From Kiritimatiellia bacterium (GTDB lineage: Bacteria > Verrucomicrobiota > Kiritimatiellia > CAIQIC01 > Lenti-01): a DNA stretch of 64,000 nt. This document shows, piece after piece, positions 6,989 through 16,386 of the stretch (its first letter is position 1; the number at the start of each line of letters is the position of its first letter). The stretch spans positions 5,151 through 69,150 of the forward strand of contig JAFXQI010000086.1 of the NCBI GenBank assembly GCA_017527155.1, read 5' to 3'. Both the position numbers and the translations under genes were made by a program. The notes under the pieces are model-generated. The model saw nothing but the letters and a program-made list of their open reading frames with translations. It had not been told where the DNA came from and made no database searches.

Positions 6989-9814
6989 ATGAGCGGACAC
7001 AACGGATTCATCGCCATCGGCAACAACAACCAGCCGATCAACCCCATCATCGCGAACAACGTCGGGGGCGCGCGGCCGCCCGCGAACCCCAATCCGCCGC
7101 CCGTCGTCCCCGGCGTCGGGGAACCGCCGCAGGGCGTGCAGGAACCGGCCGTGCCCGGCGAGATCGCCCGCCAGCTCGACGTGCTCCTCCTCCAGGCGGG
7201 CAAGGCGTCCGCGAAGGGCATCGACGCGGCGGCCCTCAAGACCCAGATCCGCGGCGTCGGCCTCCCCAAGGGCGAGGTCAAGGCGCTCAAGACGCTCATC
7301 GACAACGCCGCCAAGACCCTGGACGCGCTCGACAAGTTCACCGGGCGCGACATCGCGGTCGCGACCGGACAGGACATCGCGGGGTACCACCAGTGGGACA
7401 CCGAGCATCCGGCGGGCCGGGCCATACAGGCCGCCCTCGACGCCCAGGCGGCGCTTTCCGAGAAGATGCGTTCGCTCATCAACGCGCAGGGCGCCTCCCG
7501 CGAGGCGAAGGCCATCCTCGAAACGTCCGCGATGACCTGCGACCGCCGCGCGTGCGAGCTCGAAACGCTCGTGCTCCAGTTCGCCGAAGCCGTCGCGAAG
7601 ATCCGCAACAAGGACATCGACACGCTCGACCCGGCGGTCCGCGCCCGCCTCGACACGAAGGTTTTCGCGCTGATGGGTGAGAAGGCCGCCACGATGCACG
7701 GCCACGCCGAGGCCCTCGACCACATGCGCGCGAAGCTCGCGCCGCTCGCGAAGCGGATCGACGATTTCGCGTCCAACCCCGACAAGAACATCGGCAGCCC
7801 CGCCTTCGCCGCCATGCGCCGGGAGTTCTCGGAGGCCAAGACCGCCCTCGCGACGCTGGCCCGCGACGGCTACCAGGCCGGCGACGGCCGCGTCCACCCC
7901 GACAGCGCCTTCCTGGACGCCGCGAAGGCCGTCCTCGACCAGGTCGAACAGCTCATGGCCGGCGCCCGCCAGCGCCTCGCCCAGGCCGCCCTCGACTCCT
8001 ACATCGACAGCATCTTCGCCCCGCCGCCCAGCCTTTCGCTCCTCGCCCCGAAGTTCCGCCCGCTCCTGAAAATCCTCTACCCGCCGGCCGCGCGCCTCGT
8101 CCTGGCGAAGGGCGCCGTCCACGCGGCCGCCCGCGCCTACGCCAAGGCCCCCACCCCCGAAAACCTCGCCGCCCTCAAGGCCGCCATCGCCGACTACAAC
8201 CAGAACCCGACCGCGGCCTCGGCCGAGGACATCGGGGACCACCTCGCCCATGCCGCCGCGGGCTTCCTCCAGACCGACGACACCGTGCTGGCCACCCACA
8301 TCCAGAAGAGAAAGGCGAAGCTCCCCGCGGACGAGCGCCGCGCCGTCACGCCGGAGCTTGTCAAGGAATTCAAGGCCGCCCTGGAGAAATACACCAAGGG
8401 CGAAGCCCCCGCCGCGGCCTTCTGCGCCTTCTACAAGCCCGGCAGCTTCTACAAGACCCAGCTCGCCCACTTCGAAGACATGCGCAAGACCGTCGGGCGC
8501 ATGGGCGACGACGACTTCCTCACCTCCAAGGTGTTCCTCGCCGCCTTCGAGGGCGAAGTCGCCCCCTCCACCCTCGTCGAGGTCCGCGTCCACGGCATGG
8601 AAGACGGCGACCTCGACCCCGCCACCGACCCCTCGAACGTCGAAAAGGCCCGCCCCCTCGGCAAGGGCCAGATGAACACCGTCACCGCCGTCATTCTCAA
8701 GAACGGCGACGTCCGCATCTTCAAGCCCGAGGCCCCCGGTCGCGACACCCTCGAACACGCCCCCTACGTCTTCGAAGGTTACGAGCGCAACCAGCAGATG
8801 GCGCAGCTCAACATGGCCACCCAGAAGACCGCCGAGGTCCTCGGCCTTGAGGACATCGTGGTCAAGACCTCCGTCGGCAAGCACGACGGCCAGTACGGCA
8901 TCTTCATGACCCACGCCCCGGGCACCAACCTCCCCACCTTCGGCAACAACCACAAGGTCGCCAAGGGTTCCCTCAACGCCTCCGGCGTCCAGACCCTCTC
9001 CACCGAAGACCACGCCAAGGTCCAGGGCCAGCTCCTGCGCAAATGCAACCGCCTCGACTGGCTCGACGTCATCACCGGGCAGGCCGACCGCCACAACGGC
9101 AACGTCCTCGTCGACGTCCGGCAGGACGGGCACGTCGACGTCACGGGCATCGACAACGACACCTGCTACCCCGCCTTCCGCATCGGCCTGGACAAATACA
9201 TCGCCGCCGGCAAGCACCTCGCGCGCTTCGAGCAACTGGTCGACGACGTCTCGAACCTCTACGGCCGCCACGCCGCGGACGCCAAGAAGCGCCTCCTCTC
9301 CGACCCGGGCGTTACCAAGAACGACGACGGCACCTACACCCTCGACTCCTCCAAATTCCAGTCGCCCGAACTCAACTACTGCCTGATGTACACCTTCGGC
9401 ATCTACTCCAACCACGCCCCGACCTACATCGACCGCGACCTCTACGAGCGCCTCCAGACCCTCAAGGCCGGCCCGGCCCGCGACGCCTACCTCGCCGACC
9501 TGAAAAAACGCCTGTCCCCGGCCGCCTACGACGCCGCCGTCAAGCGGCTCGACGACGCCATCGCCCGCGCCGACGACCTCCGCGACCGCAACCGCGTCTA
9601 CAGCGAAGCCGACTGGAACGACCGCGACAAACAAAAAACCTTCTACCACGACCCCTCCGAGACGCCGCCCGCGCTGGATTTCAAGTACCGCACCATCCTG
9701 CAGCGCCGCCCCCGCCAATACCAGGAAATCCAGAAAGGCATCGTCCAGATGACCCAAGGCAACTACCGCCGCAACGGCTTCGACCACTCCACCAAACGCG
9801 GCTGGTTCGACTGA
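6989..9814 (+). CDS. 941-aa protein with C-terminal atypical (PI3/4-kinase-like) kinase domain; secreted-effector-like
   Basis: GAGG RBS before ATG 6989; Asn/Pro-rich N-terminus, helical middle; LGKGQMN, IFKPE, DRHNGN, IDND kinase motifs; strong coding codon bias. Confidence 0.75.
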   Translation: MSGHNGFIAIGNNNQPINPIIANNVGGARPPANPNPPPVVPGVGEPPQGVQEPAVPGEIARQLDVLLLQAGKASAKGIDAAALKTQIRGVGLPKGEVKALKTLIDNAAKTLDALDKFTGRDIAVATGQDIAGYHQWDTEHPAGRAIQAALDAQAALSEKMRSLINAQGASREAKAILETSAMTCDRRACELETLVLQFAEAVAKIRNKDIDTLDPAVRARLDTKVFALMGEKAATMHGHAEALDHMRAKLAPLAKRIDDFASNPDKNIGSPAFAAMRREFSEAKTALATLARDGYQAGDGRVHPDSAFLDAAKAVLDQVEQLMAGARQRLAQAALDSYIDSIFAPPPSLSLLAPKFRPLLKILYPPAARLVLAKGAVHAAARAYAKAPTPENLAALKAAIADYNQNPTAASAEDIGDHLAHAAAGFLQTDDTVLATHIQKRKAKLPADERRAVTPELVKEFKAALEKYTKGEAPAAAFCAFYKPGSFYKTQLAHFEDMRKTVGRMGDDDFLTSKVFLAAFEGEVAPSTLVEVRVHGMEDGDLDPATDPSNVEKARPLGKGQMNTVTAVILKNGDVRIFKPEAPGRDTLEHAPYVFEGYERNQQMAQLNMATQKTAEVLGLEDIVVKTSVGKHDGQYGIFMTHAPGTNLPTFGNNHKVAKGSLNASGVQTLSTEDHAKVQGQLLRKCNRLDWLDVITGQADRHNGNVLVDVRQDGHVDVTGIDNDTCYPAFRIGLDKYIAAGKHLARFEQLVDDVSNLYGRHAADAKKRLLSDPGVTKNDDGTYTLDSSKFQSPELNYCLMYTFGIYSNHAPTYIDRDLYERLQTLKAGPARDAYLADLKKRLSPAAYDAAVKRLDDAIARADDLRDRNRVYSEADWNDRDKQKTFYHDPSETPPALDFKYRTILQRRPRQYQEIQKGIVQMTQGNYRRNGFDHSTKRGWFD

Positions 9815-10017
9815 CCCGCCCCCCTACCCCACGAGCGACGCCCTTCCCGCCAAGGCCGCGGCCCTCGACCGGCTCATGACCGCCATCCAGGCCACCGCCC
9901 ACGACGCCCTGGGCAGCATCTGCCCGTAGAACCGCGCACGGCGCGAATCCCCGGGCATGTGGATTCCGGCAGGCCGGCTTTCGATTGCAAGCGACTGCAA
10001 CCGCCCCGCCCGCCCGC

Positions 10018-10680
10018 CTACGAGAAATGCCGGCTCGTGAACTCGGCCAGACGCCGCCCGTTGGCGGCGCCGGGCTTGCGTCCGGCGTCCCGGGGGCGGA
10101 CCAGGAAGCCCCAGGACATGGGCTGGCAGAAGGCGGCCGCGTACACCAGCGGCCACCAGCGGACGTGGTGCCCCATGCACGGGGCCATCTGCACGGCGTG
10201 GGTGCCGAGGTCGGACCGGGTTACGAAGCGCCACGCGATGTCCCGGAAAAACGCCACCGAATGGTCGTACCACCAGCTCTTCTGCGCGTTCACGATCCAC
10301 GAGCCGTTGTTCGGCAGGGAAATCCACACCGTGCTGCCAAGGTCCGCGACGGCATGTGCGAGCGCGTTCATCGCCTCGTAGTGGTAGTTGACGTGTTCGA
10401 GGACTTCCATCGCCAGGATGACTTCCGGGCGGTAGGCGTCGATGATGCCGCGCAGGGCCTCCACGGATCCGGGCCGGTTGAGGTCCACGATGTCGTCCAC
10501 GCCGGGCTTTTGCTGGTAATCGACAACACGGTATTCCCGCGCCCCCGCCCGGATGCGCCGGTACCGCTTCGTGAAGGCATCCTCTTCCCTGGTTTCCGGC
10601 ATCAGCGCCCCGCCGATGTCCAGCACCCGCGCGCCTTCCGCCAATTCCCTTGCCACTTCCAACCGATCCACAACCAGCAT
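10018..10680 (-). CDS. Class I SAM-dependent methyltransferase-like protein
   Basis: VLDIGG, EVLEHV, ISLPN motifs; AAGGAG RBS. Confidence 0.75.
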   Translation of the reverse strand: MLVVDRLEVARELAEGARVLDIGGALMPETREEDAFTKRYRRIRAGAREYRVVDYQQKPGVDDIVDLNRPGSVEALRGIIDAYRPEVILAMEVLEHVNYHYEAMNALAHAVADLGSTVWISLPNNGSWIVNAQKSWWYDHSVAFFRDIAWRFVTRSDLGTHAVQMAPCMGHHVRWWPLVYAAAFCQPMSWGFLVRPRDAGRKPGAANGRRLAEFTSRHFS

Positions 10681-10890
10681 GGTTTGCTCCTTTCCCTGTG
10701 GGCGTTCCGCTACCGGGCCTGAGGGCCCCTGCCGTTACGCCGAAGAAGTTATAGTGGCTCCGATCAATGTCAAGGCCGTCGGTGATTTTCCTCGCGCTCT
10801 TCACCTGCTGGGGGCGGCCTCGCTGAAAGATTGTTGTGCGTTGGTTGGGCCGACCCTGTCCAGTTTCCGCTGAAGTATGGGGAACAACCA

Positions 10891-10940
10891 TCGATTGCAG
10901 TCGAAGGCTATCGATTGCAATGGACTGCAATCGAAAACGA
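10891..10940. repeat. Tandem 10-bp TCGATTGCAA-like repeats upstream of four-helix-bundle gene
   Basis: TCGATTGCAG TCGAAGGCTA TCGATTGCAA TGGACTGCAA TCGA. Confidence 0.75.
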
Positions 10941-11001
10941 CGCCAAAGAACTCCCGTTCTTTTTACTTGATGCCGGCAGCGGCGGCTGGCATTGTCGCGG
11001 C

Positions 11002-11763
11002 ATGAACCCTAACAAAAACACTCCGCTTCCCATTCTCCTCCCCTCCACCGGCTACAAGCGCCTCGACGCCTACATCCTCGCGAATCTCGTGCAGTTGGAA
11101 ACGCTGGCGTTCTGCCGCCAGCACCTCCCCCACTCCATCGATCCGTGCGGGCGGCAGTTCGACCAGATGACGCAGGCGGCCCGCTCCGGCGTCAAGAACA
11201 TCACCGAGGGGTGCGAGAGGGTTGCCACCTCCGCGCAGACCGCCCTCAAACTGCTGGATGTCGCGAAGGCGTCGCTTTGCGAATTGCGGGATGATTTTCT
11301 CACGTTCCTCGTGGACCGCGGGGTGCCGCCCTGGCGGGCGGATTCGGCGGAGGCCAAGGCCGTGTTCGCCGTGCGCCTCGATCCGGCGGCCTACGGGAGC
11401 GACATCAACCATGATTTCGCGGTGCACCTGCTTGCACAGAGAGGGAAGTTCGCCCCGTTCTTCGCCGACGGCAACCCGGAGAAGGCCGCCAACGTCCTCC
11501 TCATCCTCCTCACGCGGACTCTCGCGACGCTCGAGCGGTTGCTCCATCGTGTCGCGGACGATTTCACACGCAACGGGGGCGCCACGGAACGGATGACCGC
11601 GGCGCGGGTTGCGTACCGGCGCAGCCAAGGCGGCCCCCCGGTCCCCGAAGATGCACCGGCGTGCCCCGAGTGCGGCGCACCCATGCGGTTGCGGCACGGG
11701 CCGTACGGGGAGTTCTGGGGGTGCAGTGCGCACCCGACGTGCAAGGGGCGGCGGCCGGTCTGA
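11002..11763 (+). CDS. Four-helix-bundle protein (IVP/Avd-like) with suffix domain and C-terminal topoisomerase-type C4 zinc finger
   Basis: GYKRLDAY, DQMTQAARSGVKNITEG, LLDVAKASLCELRDDF; CPECGAPMRLR...FWGCSAHPTC. Confidence 0.9.
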   Translation: MNPNKNTPLPILLPSTGYKRLDAYILANLVQLETLAFCRQHLPHSIDPCGRQFDQMTQAARSGVKNITEGCERVATSAQTALKLLDVAKASLCELRDDFLTFLVDRGVPPWRADSAEAKAVFAVRLDPAAYGSDINHDFAVHLLAQRGKFAPFFADGNPEKAANVLLILLTRTLATLERLLHRVADDFTRNGGATERMTAARVAYRRSQGGPPVPEDAPACPECGAPMRLRHGPYGEFWGCSAHPTCKGRRPV

Positions 11764-11767
11764 AAAT

Positions 11768-11811
11768 TCGACTGCAATCGATTGCACTCGACTGCTCTCG
11801 ATTGCAGTCGA
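11768..11811. repeat. Tandem 10-bp TCGAYTGCAN repeats downstream of four-helix-bundle gene
   Basis: TCGACTGCAA TCGATTGCAC TCGACTGCTC TCGATTGCAG TCGA. Confidence 0.75.
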
Positions 11812-11836
11812 ATAGGGCGGCCGTCAGGCCGCCCCC

Positions 11837-13408
11837 TTACTTGAGCAGCGCGTCCGCCGCCGGGAGCAGGAGCCGCTGCATCACGACGTCGGGGAAGAGG
11901 CCGATGGCGATGGTGGCCAGGGCCAGCAGGAGCATCGGGAAGGCCATCGCCAAGGGAACTTCCTTGACCTCCGACAGGTGCTTGCGGGCGGGGCCGAGGA
12001 ACATGGCCTGGAAGACTTTGACGAAGCTGGCCAGGGTGAGAAGGCTCACCACCATCGCGACGATCGCCAGCAGGGGGCTGTAGCGGAAGACGGATTCGTA
12101 GAGAACCCACTTGGAGGCGAAGCCGCTCATCGGCGGGATGCCCGCGATGGCCAGGGCGCCGATGCCGAAGCACAGCATGGTCACCGGCATGGCGCGGCCC
12201 AGTCCGCCCATGTCGTCGAGGTTGCGTTTGCCGGTACGCCACACGACCGCCCCCGCCGCGAGGAACAGCAGGCCGTTGTAGATGGCGTAGTTCATCATGT
12301 GGAAGAGGGAGCCGGCGAGGGCGTCGCGGCCGAAGGCCGCCGTCTTTTCGGCGTCGCCCAGCACGGCCAGGGCGACGGAGGCGCCGAGCAGCATGTAGCC
12401 GGTCTGGGAGACGGCGTGGTGGGAAATCAGGCGCTTGACGTCGTGCTGGGGGATGGCCATCGTGACGCCGACGAACATGGAGAGGGCCGCCAGCACGGCG
12501 AGGAAGGCGCCGAGGGAGGTGGTGCTTACGACGGGCGCGCCGAAGAGGGTGAACGCGACGCGGAAGAGCCCGAAGAGGCTGGCCTGGCTGGAAATGAGCA
12601 GGAAGGCGGAGACGGGGTGCGGGGCGCGGGAGTAGGTGTCGGGCGTCCACTGGTGCATGGGGACGGTGCCGGCCTTCATGGCCAGCGGCAGGGCCATGAG
12701 GCCGAGCGCGGCGTAGTCGGTGGCGGACGGGCCGCCGCCCTGGATGGCCTGGGAGAGGGCCGCGATGTTGAGCAGGTCGTGGCGGGCGAGGAGGAGGCCG
12801 ACGCCGACGAGGTAGGAGAGGCCGCCGAGGGAGCTGATGGCGGCGTACTTGAGGCCGGCTTCGGCGGCAAGCCCGCGGTCGATGCGGCACGCGGCGAGGG
12901 CGGCGCCCGCGAGGGACGTGATTTCGAGGAAGACGAAGAAGTTGAAGGCGTCGCCCGTGGCGACCATCCCGTACACGCCCGCGACGAGCAGCAGGTAGAG
13001 GGGCTGGAAGGCGGTGAGCCCGGAGGAGCCTTCCTCGCTCCGCAGCGCGTAGAGGGCGGCGGCGGTGGAGGTGATGGCGGCGACGAGGAGCATCAGGGCG
13101 CCCGCGGCGTCGATGTGGAAGTAGATGCGGATGGGGACGCCCGAGAAGGTCGTGCACGTTGCTTCGGGGCCGCCGCCGATGCGCGGTCCGGCGCCGAACA
13201 CGTAGGTGCACGCGCCGTCGGCGAGGGCCTGCCCGGCGACGTTGATCGCCGCGAACGCGCCCAGCGCCGCCGCCAGGAAGAAGACGATGCCGCGCAGCTG
13301 CGGAAAGCGCTCCGCGGGCACCAGCATCACGAGCATCGCGCCCAGCAACGGCAGGGCCACGGCCAGCGCGGGGGTGTGGAGGGACCAGAAGGCGAGGAGG
13401 GTGTTCAT
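11837..13408 (-). CDS. Mrp/Mbh antiporter subunit D (MnhD/MbhH, proton-conducting membrane subunit)
   Basis: GDAFNFFVFLE, KAGTVPMHQWTPDTY, QHDVKRLIS, AGIPPMSGFASKW; ATGA overlap with mnhC. Confidence 0.92.
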   Translation of the reverse strand: MNTLLAFWSLHTPALAVALPLLGAMLVMLVPAERFPQLRGIVFFLAAALGAFAAINVAGQALADGACTYVFGAGPRIGGGPEATCTTFSGVPIRIYFHIDAAGALMLLVAAITSTAAALYALRSEEGSSGLTAFQPLYLLLVAGVYGMVATGDAFNFFVFLEITSLAGAALAACRIDRGLAAEAGLKYAAISSLGGLSYLVGVGLLLARHDLLNIAALSQAIQGGGPSATDYAALGLMALPLAMKAGTVPMHQWTPDTYSRAPHPVSAFLLISSQASLFGLFRVAFTLFGAPVVSTTSLGAFLAVLAALSMFVGVTMAIPQHDVKRLISHHAVSQTGYMLLGASVALAVLGDAEKTAAFGRDALAGSLFHMMNYAIYNGLLFLAAGAVVWRTGKRNLDDMGGLGRAMPVTMLCFGIGALAIAGIPPMSGFASKWVLYESVFRYSPLLAIVAMVVSLLTLASFVKVFQAMFLGPARKHLSEVKEVPLAMAFPMLLLALATIAIGLFPDVVMQRLLLPAADALLK

Positions 13409-13770
13409 TCGCGGAGCCTCCGGACGTCGCGCACGTCGGTCGTGCCGTAGTGGCGGTGGATGACGATCACCAGCGAGAGCATCATGGCGGTGGTGGCCAG
13501 CCCGATGACGATGGCGGTCAGCGTGAGCGCCTGCACGGTGGGCAGGACCATGTAGACGTGTTCGCCGCCGTCGCGGAGGCCGGTGTAGATGGGGGCGACG
13601 GCGTCGTGGCGGTAGCCGAGGGCGACCAGGAAGAGGTTCACCGCCGACTCGACGAGCGACATGCCCATCAGGACATGGATGAGGTTCCGCCGCCACAGCA
13701 CCACGGCCAGGCCGGCGATGGCGACCGTCACGGCGATCACGAAGGGGAGATGGGTGAGGATCGCGTTCAT
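13405..13770 (-). CDS. Mrp/Mbh antiporter subunit C (MnhC/MbhG)
   Basis: QALTLTAIVIG motif, 3 TM segments. Confidence 0.92.
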   Translation of the reverse strand: MNAILTHLPFVIAVTVAIAGLAVVLWRRNLIHVLMGMSLVESAVNLFLVALGYRHDAVAPIYTGLRDGGEHVYMVLPTVQALTLTAIVIGLATTAMMLSLVIVIHRHYGTTDVRDVRRLRE

Positions 13771-14264
13771 TCGGCGCCCTCCCCTTCTTCGTCCTCGCGG
13801 TCTTCGCCGCGCTCGGCGGCCTTCATGGCGCGGATCATGGTGACCAGGATGACGGAGATGCCGCCGAAGACTTCGACGCCGACCGCCAGGTTCATCAGCG
13901 GCAGCAGCCCGCCGCTGTTGAACGACCCGCTCTCGCCGGGCGCGCCGAACCAGCCGCCCGCGTTGGCCCAGATGTTGCGGAAGAACGCCCCGTGTCCGGA
14001 GAGGATCCCCGCGAACGCCAGGCCGATGAACAGCAGCAGCCCGAACGCTTCGATGGCCTTGTAGTGGTGGTACTTGATTTCGCGTTCGCCCTCGTCGAAC
14101 ATGCCCGCGACCATCATCAGCGCCGCGCCGGTCGCCATGACCGCGCCGCCCTGGAAGCCGCCGCCGGGCGTCAGGTGCCCGTGCAGCACGACGTACAGCC
14201 CGAAGACCAGGCAGAACGGATAAACCACGGCCGCGATGTGGCCGACGATCCTACTCTTCCGCAT
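13767..14264 (-). CDS. Mrp/Mbh antiporter subunit B (MnhB/MbhF)
   Basis: HGHLTPGGGFQGG motif. Confidence 0.92.
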   Translation of the reverse strand: MRKSRIVGHIAAVVYPFCLVFGLYVVLHGHLTPGGGFQGGAVMATGAALMMVAGMFDEGEREIKYHHYKAIEAFGLLLFIGLAFAGILSGHGAFFRNIWANAGGWFGAPGESGSFNSGGLLPLMNLAVGVEVFGGISVILVTMIRAMKAAERGEDREDEEGEGAE

Positions 14265-14562
14265 CGCGCGCCTCCCGTTTTTCCTTCGCGTTGAGCTTCC
14301 GCAGCACCAGCCCCACGCCCAGCACCGCCGTGAACAGCACCGACGCCTCGCCCAGCGTGTCGAATCCGCGGTAGTCGAAGACGATCGACGTCACCACGTT
14401 GGACGCGCCCGTCTCCGCGCGCGCCGCCGCGATGTAGTGCTCGTCCATCGCCGGGGGGAGCGGCGTGCCCGCCAGCGGGTTGCCGAACGGTATCGCCAGC
14501 GCGCACCGCCACAGCGCCGCCGCCAGCACCGCCAGGACCAGGAACTTGAAAAGGTGTTTCAC
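14251..14562 (-). CDS. MbhE-like antiporter subunit
   Basis: NVVTSIVFDYRGFDTLGEASVLF motif; GTG start. Confidence 0.9.
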   Translation of the reverse strand: MKHLFKFLVLAVLAAALWRCALAIPFGNPLAGTPLPPAMDEHYIAAARAETGASNVVTSIVFDYRGFDTLGEASVLFTAVLGVGLVLRKLNAKEKREARDAEE

Positions 14563-15086
14563 GGGGCCTCCTTTTCCGGGGGAATGGGGGTCGGGGGGGG
14601 CGGGGCCGGGGAAGCCGGAATCTCCGGGACTTCCGGGACCACCGGGACATCCGGGACGTCGGGAGCCGGGGACTCAGGCTTTTGGGGTTGCGGGGGTTCC
14701 ACCGCCGCGTCCGCTTCCGGGGGGGCGGCATCTTGCCGCGCCTCTTCGGCGGGCGGGTCGGCGGAAGCGGGCGAAGCTGCCGGGATTTCGGGTTTCGGGG
14801 ATTCCGGCACTTGGGGTGCGGCGGGGGCCGCCTTCTTCTTACCCTTGGCCGTCACCGCGCGGATGGCGACCATGAAAATCGCCGTCGTGAGGCCCGCGCC
14901 GATGCCGGCTTCCGCGATCGCCACGTCGGGCGCCTGCAGGATGTAGAACTCCAGCGCCAGCAGCAGGCTGAACCCCGCCAGCGAGACCGCCGACGCCATC
15001 AGGTTCCGCAGGAACAGCACCGACACCGCCATCGCCACCATCCCCAGCCCCAGCGCAATCTGCAATGCCACCACGCTCGCGTTCAT
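14559..15086 (-). CDS. DUF4040/MbhD-like subunit with Pro/Glu-rich C-terminal tail
   Basis: LQAPDVAIAEAGIGAGL motif followed by about 90 aa of low-complexity tail. Confidence 0.88.
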   Translation of the reverse strand: MNASVVALQIALGLGMVAMAVSVLFLRNLMASAVSLAGFSLLLALEFYILQAPDVAIAEAGIGAGLTTAIFMVAIRAVTAKGKKKAAPAAPQVPESPKPEIPAASPASADPPAEEARQDAAPPEADAAVEPPQPQKPESPAPDVPDVPVVPEVPEIPASPAPPPPTPIPPEKEAP

Positions 15087-15487
15087 GCCTCGCCCTCCTT
15101 CTTCCCCGCCTCCGGCCGGGCCTTCGCCTTGTCCGCGGCAAGCGCGTCGCACACCGCGCGCGCCGGCCGTATCCCCAGATGCCAGACGGCGCGGGCGATC
15201 GCGTGCCCGCCCGTCGCGTTCGTCACCGCCAGCACCACCACGGCCACGACCGTGTGGATGGCCTGCTGGAGGAGCGCCCCGTCGAAGTCCGCGCCGACCC
15301 ACTGCCGGAGCAGCCACAACAGGACGGCCAGCGACGTGAAGACCGAGCCGAAGGTCGTCGCCTTCGTGTCCGCGTGCAACCGCGTGTACACGTCGGGGAA
15401 CCGCAGGATGCCGAAGACGCCCAGCGTGTTGAACGCCAGCCCCACGAAGAGGGCCGCGGCCATGAGGATGTCCAGAACCGTATCCAT
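15083..15487 (-). CDS. Mrp/Mbh antiporter subunit G (MnhG/MbhC)
   Basis: RFPDVYTRLHADTKATTFG, GHAIARA. Confidence 0.92.
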   Translation of the reverse strand: MDTVLDILMAAALFVGLAFNTLGVFGILRFPDVYTRLHADTKATTFGSVFTSLAVLLWLLRQWVGADFDGALLQQAIHTVVAVVVLAVTNATGGHAIARAVWHLGIRPARAVCDALAADKAKARPEAGKKEGEA

Positions 15488-15493
15488 CGCCGC

Positions 15494-15751
15494 CTAGTCC
15501 TTCCTCATCACGCGCGCGATGTAGAGCGTGCCAACATAAGAAAGCAGCGCGTAGATGATCGCCACGTCCACCATCCACGTCCCGTGCAGCAGCACCGCGC
15601 CGAGCAGCATCGAGGCGACGACCAGCGTGTTGATCGCGTCGAGCGCGACCACCCGGTCGGCGAGCGTCGGCCCGCGCAGCAGCCGCCACGACACCACCGC
15701 CATCAACCCCGCCATCCAGGCCCCCGCGAAAGTGAACAGCCGCAAGATCAT
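15494..15751 (-). CDS. Mrp/Mbh antiporter subunit F (MnhF/MbhB)
   Basis: RLLRGPTLADRVVALDAI, DVAIIYALLSYVGT. Confidence 0.92.
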   Translation of the reverse strand: MILRLFTFAGAWMAGLMAVVSWRLLRGPTLADRVVALDAINTLVVASMLLGAVLLHGTWMVDVAIIYALLSYVGTLYIARVMRKD

Positions 15752-16275
15752 TCCACGATCCCCTTCACCGATTTCGGGCAATCCAGCCCGAACAACTCCC
15801 GCACCGGCACCTCGTCCCGGTTTTCCATGCCCTCCGGCACGTTGAGCATGTGGACGTAGAGCACGCCGTTGGGGGCGTCCTCTTCGACCGTCAGCGTGCC
15901 CGGGGTGAGCGTGATCGAGTTCGCGAGCATCACGATGCCCGCGCCCGGACCGAACTCCGTCTTCACCTTCACGATGCCCGGACGGATCCGGCCGGTGATC
16001 ACGCGTCCGGCCACGTCGAAATTCGCCTTGGTGAGCTCCACGAAGAACTTCCCGCAGGCGTACGCGAGGACCTTGATCCACCGCCACGGCGAGAGCGCCC
16101 TGCCGGGCACCTGCGCGCCGAACCAGCGCGAAGAGAGCGCCGCGACGGCGGTCGCCACGACGGCGCCGATCCAGATTTCGGGCGCCTCCCAAAGCCCGAG
16201 CACGCCGCCGCTCCCCGCGGCCAGCGCCAGATACCCCAGAAACGCGAAAACCCAAGTTGTAAGGAATGCCACCAT
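15748..16275 (-). CDS. Mrp/Mbh antiporter subunit E (MnhE/MbhA)
   Basis: ANFDVA, PGIVKV, LANSITLTPGT; start chosen from a TTGACG-17-TAGGAT promoter 7 nt upstream (alternative start 16284). Confidence 0.9.
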   Translation of the reverse strand: MVAFLTTWVFAFLGYLALAAGSGGVLGLWEAPEIWIGAVVATAVAALSSRWFGAQVPGRALSPWRWIKVLAYACGKFFVELTKANFDVAGRVITGRIRPGIVKVKTEFGPGAGIVMLANSITLTPGTLTVEEDAPNGVLYVHMLNVPEGMENRDEVPVRELFGLDCPKSVKGIVE

Positions 16276-16386
16276 GCCGCCCATCCTATCCTTCCCCGCC
16301 CCTCCCGTCAAGAAAGGCGCGCGCGGCAGAAAGCCGCGTGCGCCGCAGACCGTTCCCCCTCCCGGACCGGTGAATCCGTAGTCCGC

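Noticed and set aside
5390-9814. 1474-aa (+) and 1442-aa (-) overlapping giant ORFs
   Set aside because: High-GC artefacts: the real genes are mtnA (6580-5459, minus) and the kinase-like protein starting at 6989 (plus); the extensions are antisense shadows
10735-10860. Possible HTH gene remnant (VKSARKITDGLDID) on the minus strand
   Set aside because: Too short and lacks a credible start; similarity is only impressionistic
11002-11763. DGR (Avd-like gene)
   Set aside because: No reverse transcriptase and no TR/VR pair with adenine-specific mismatches seen in the window
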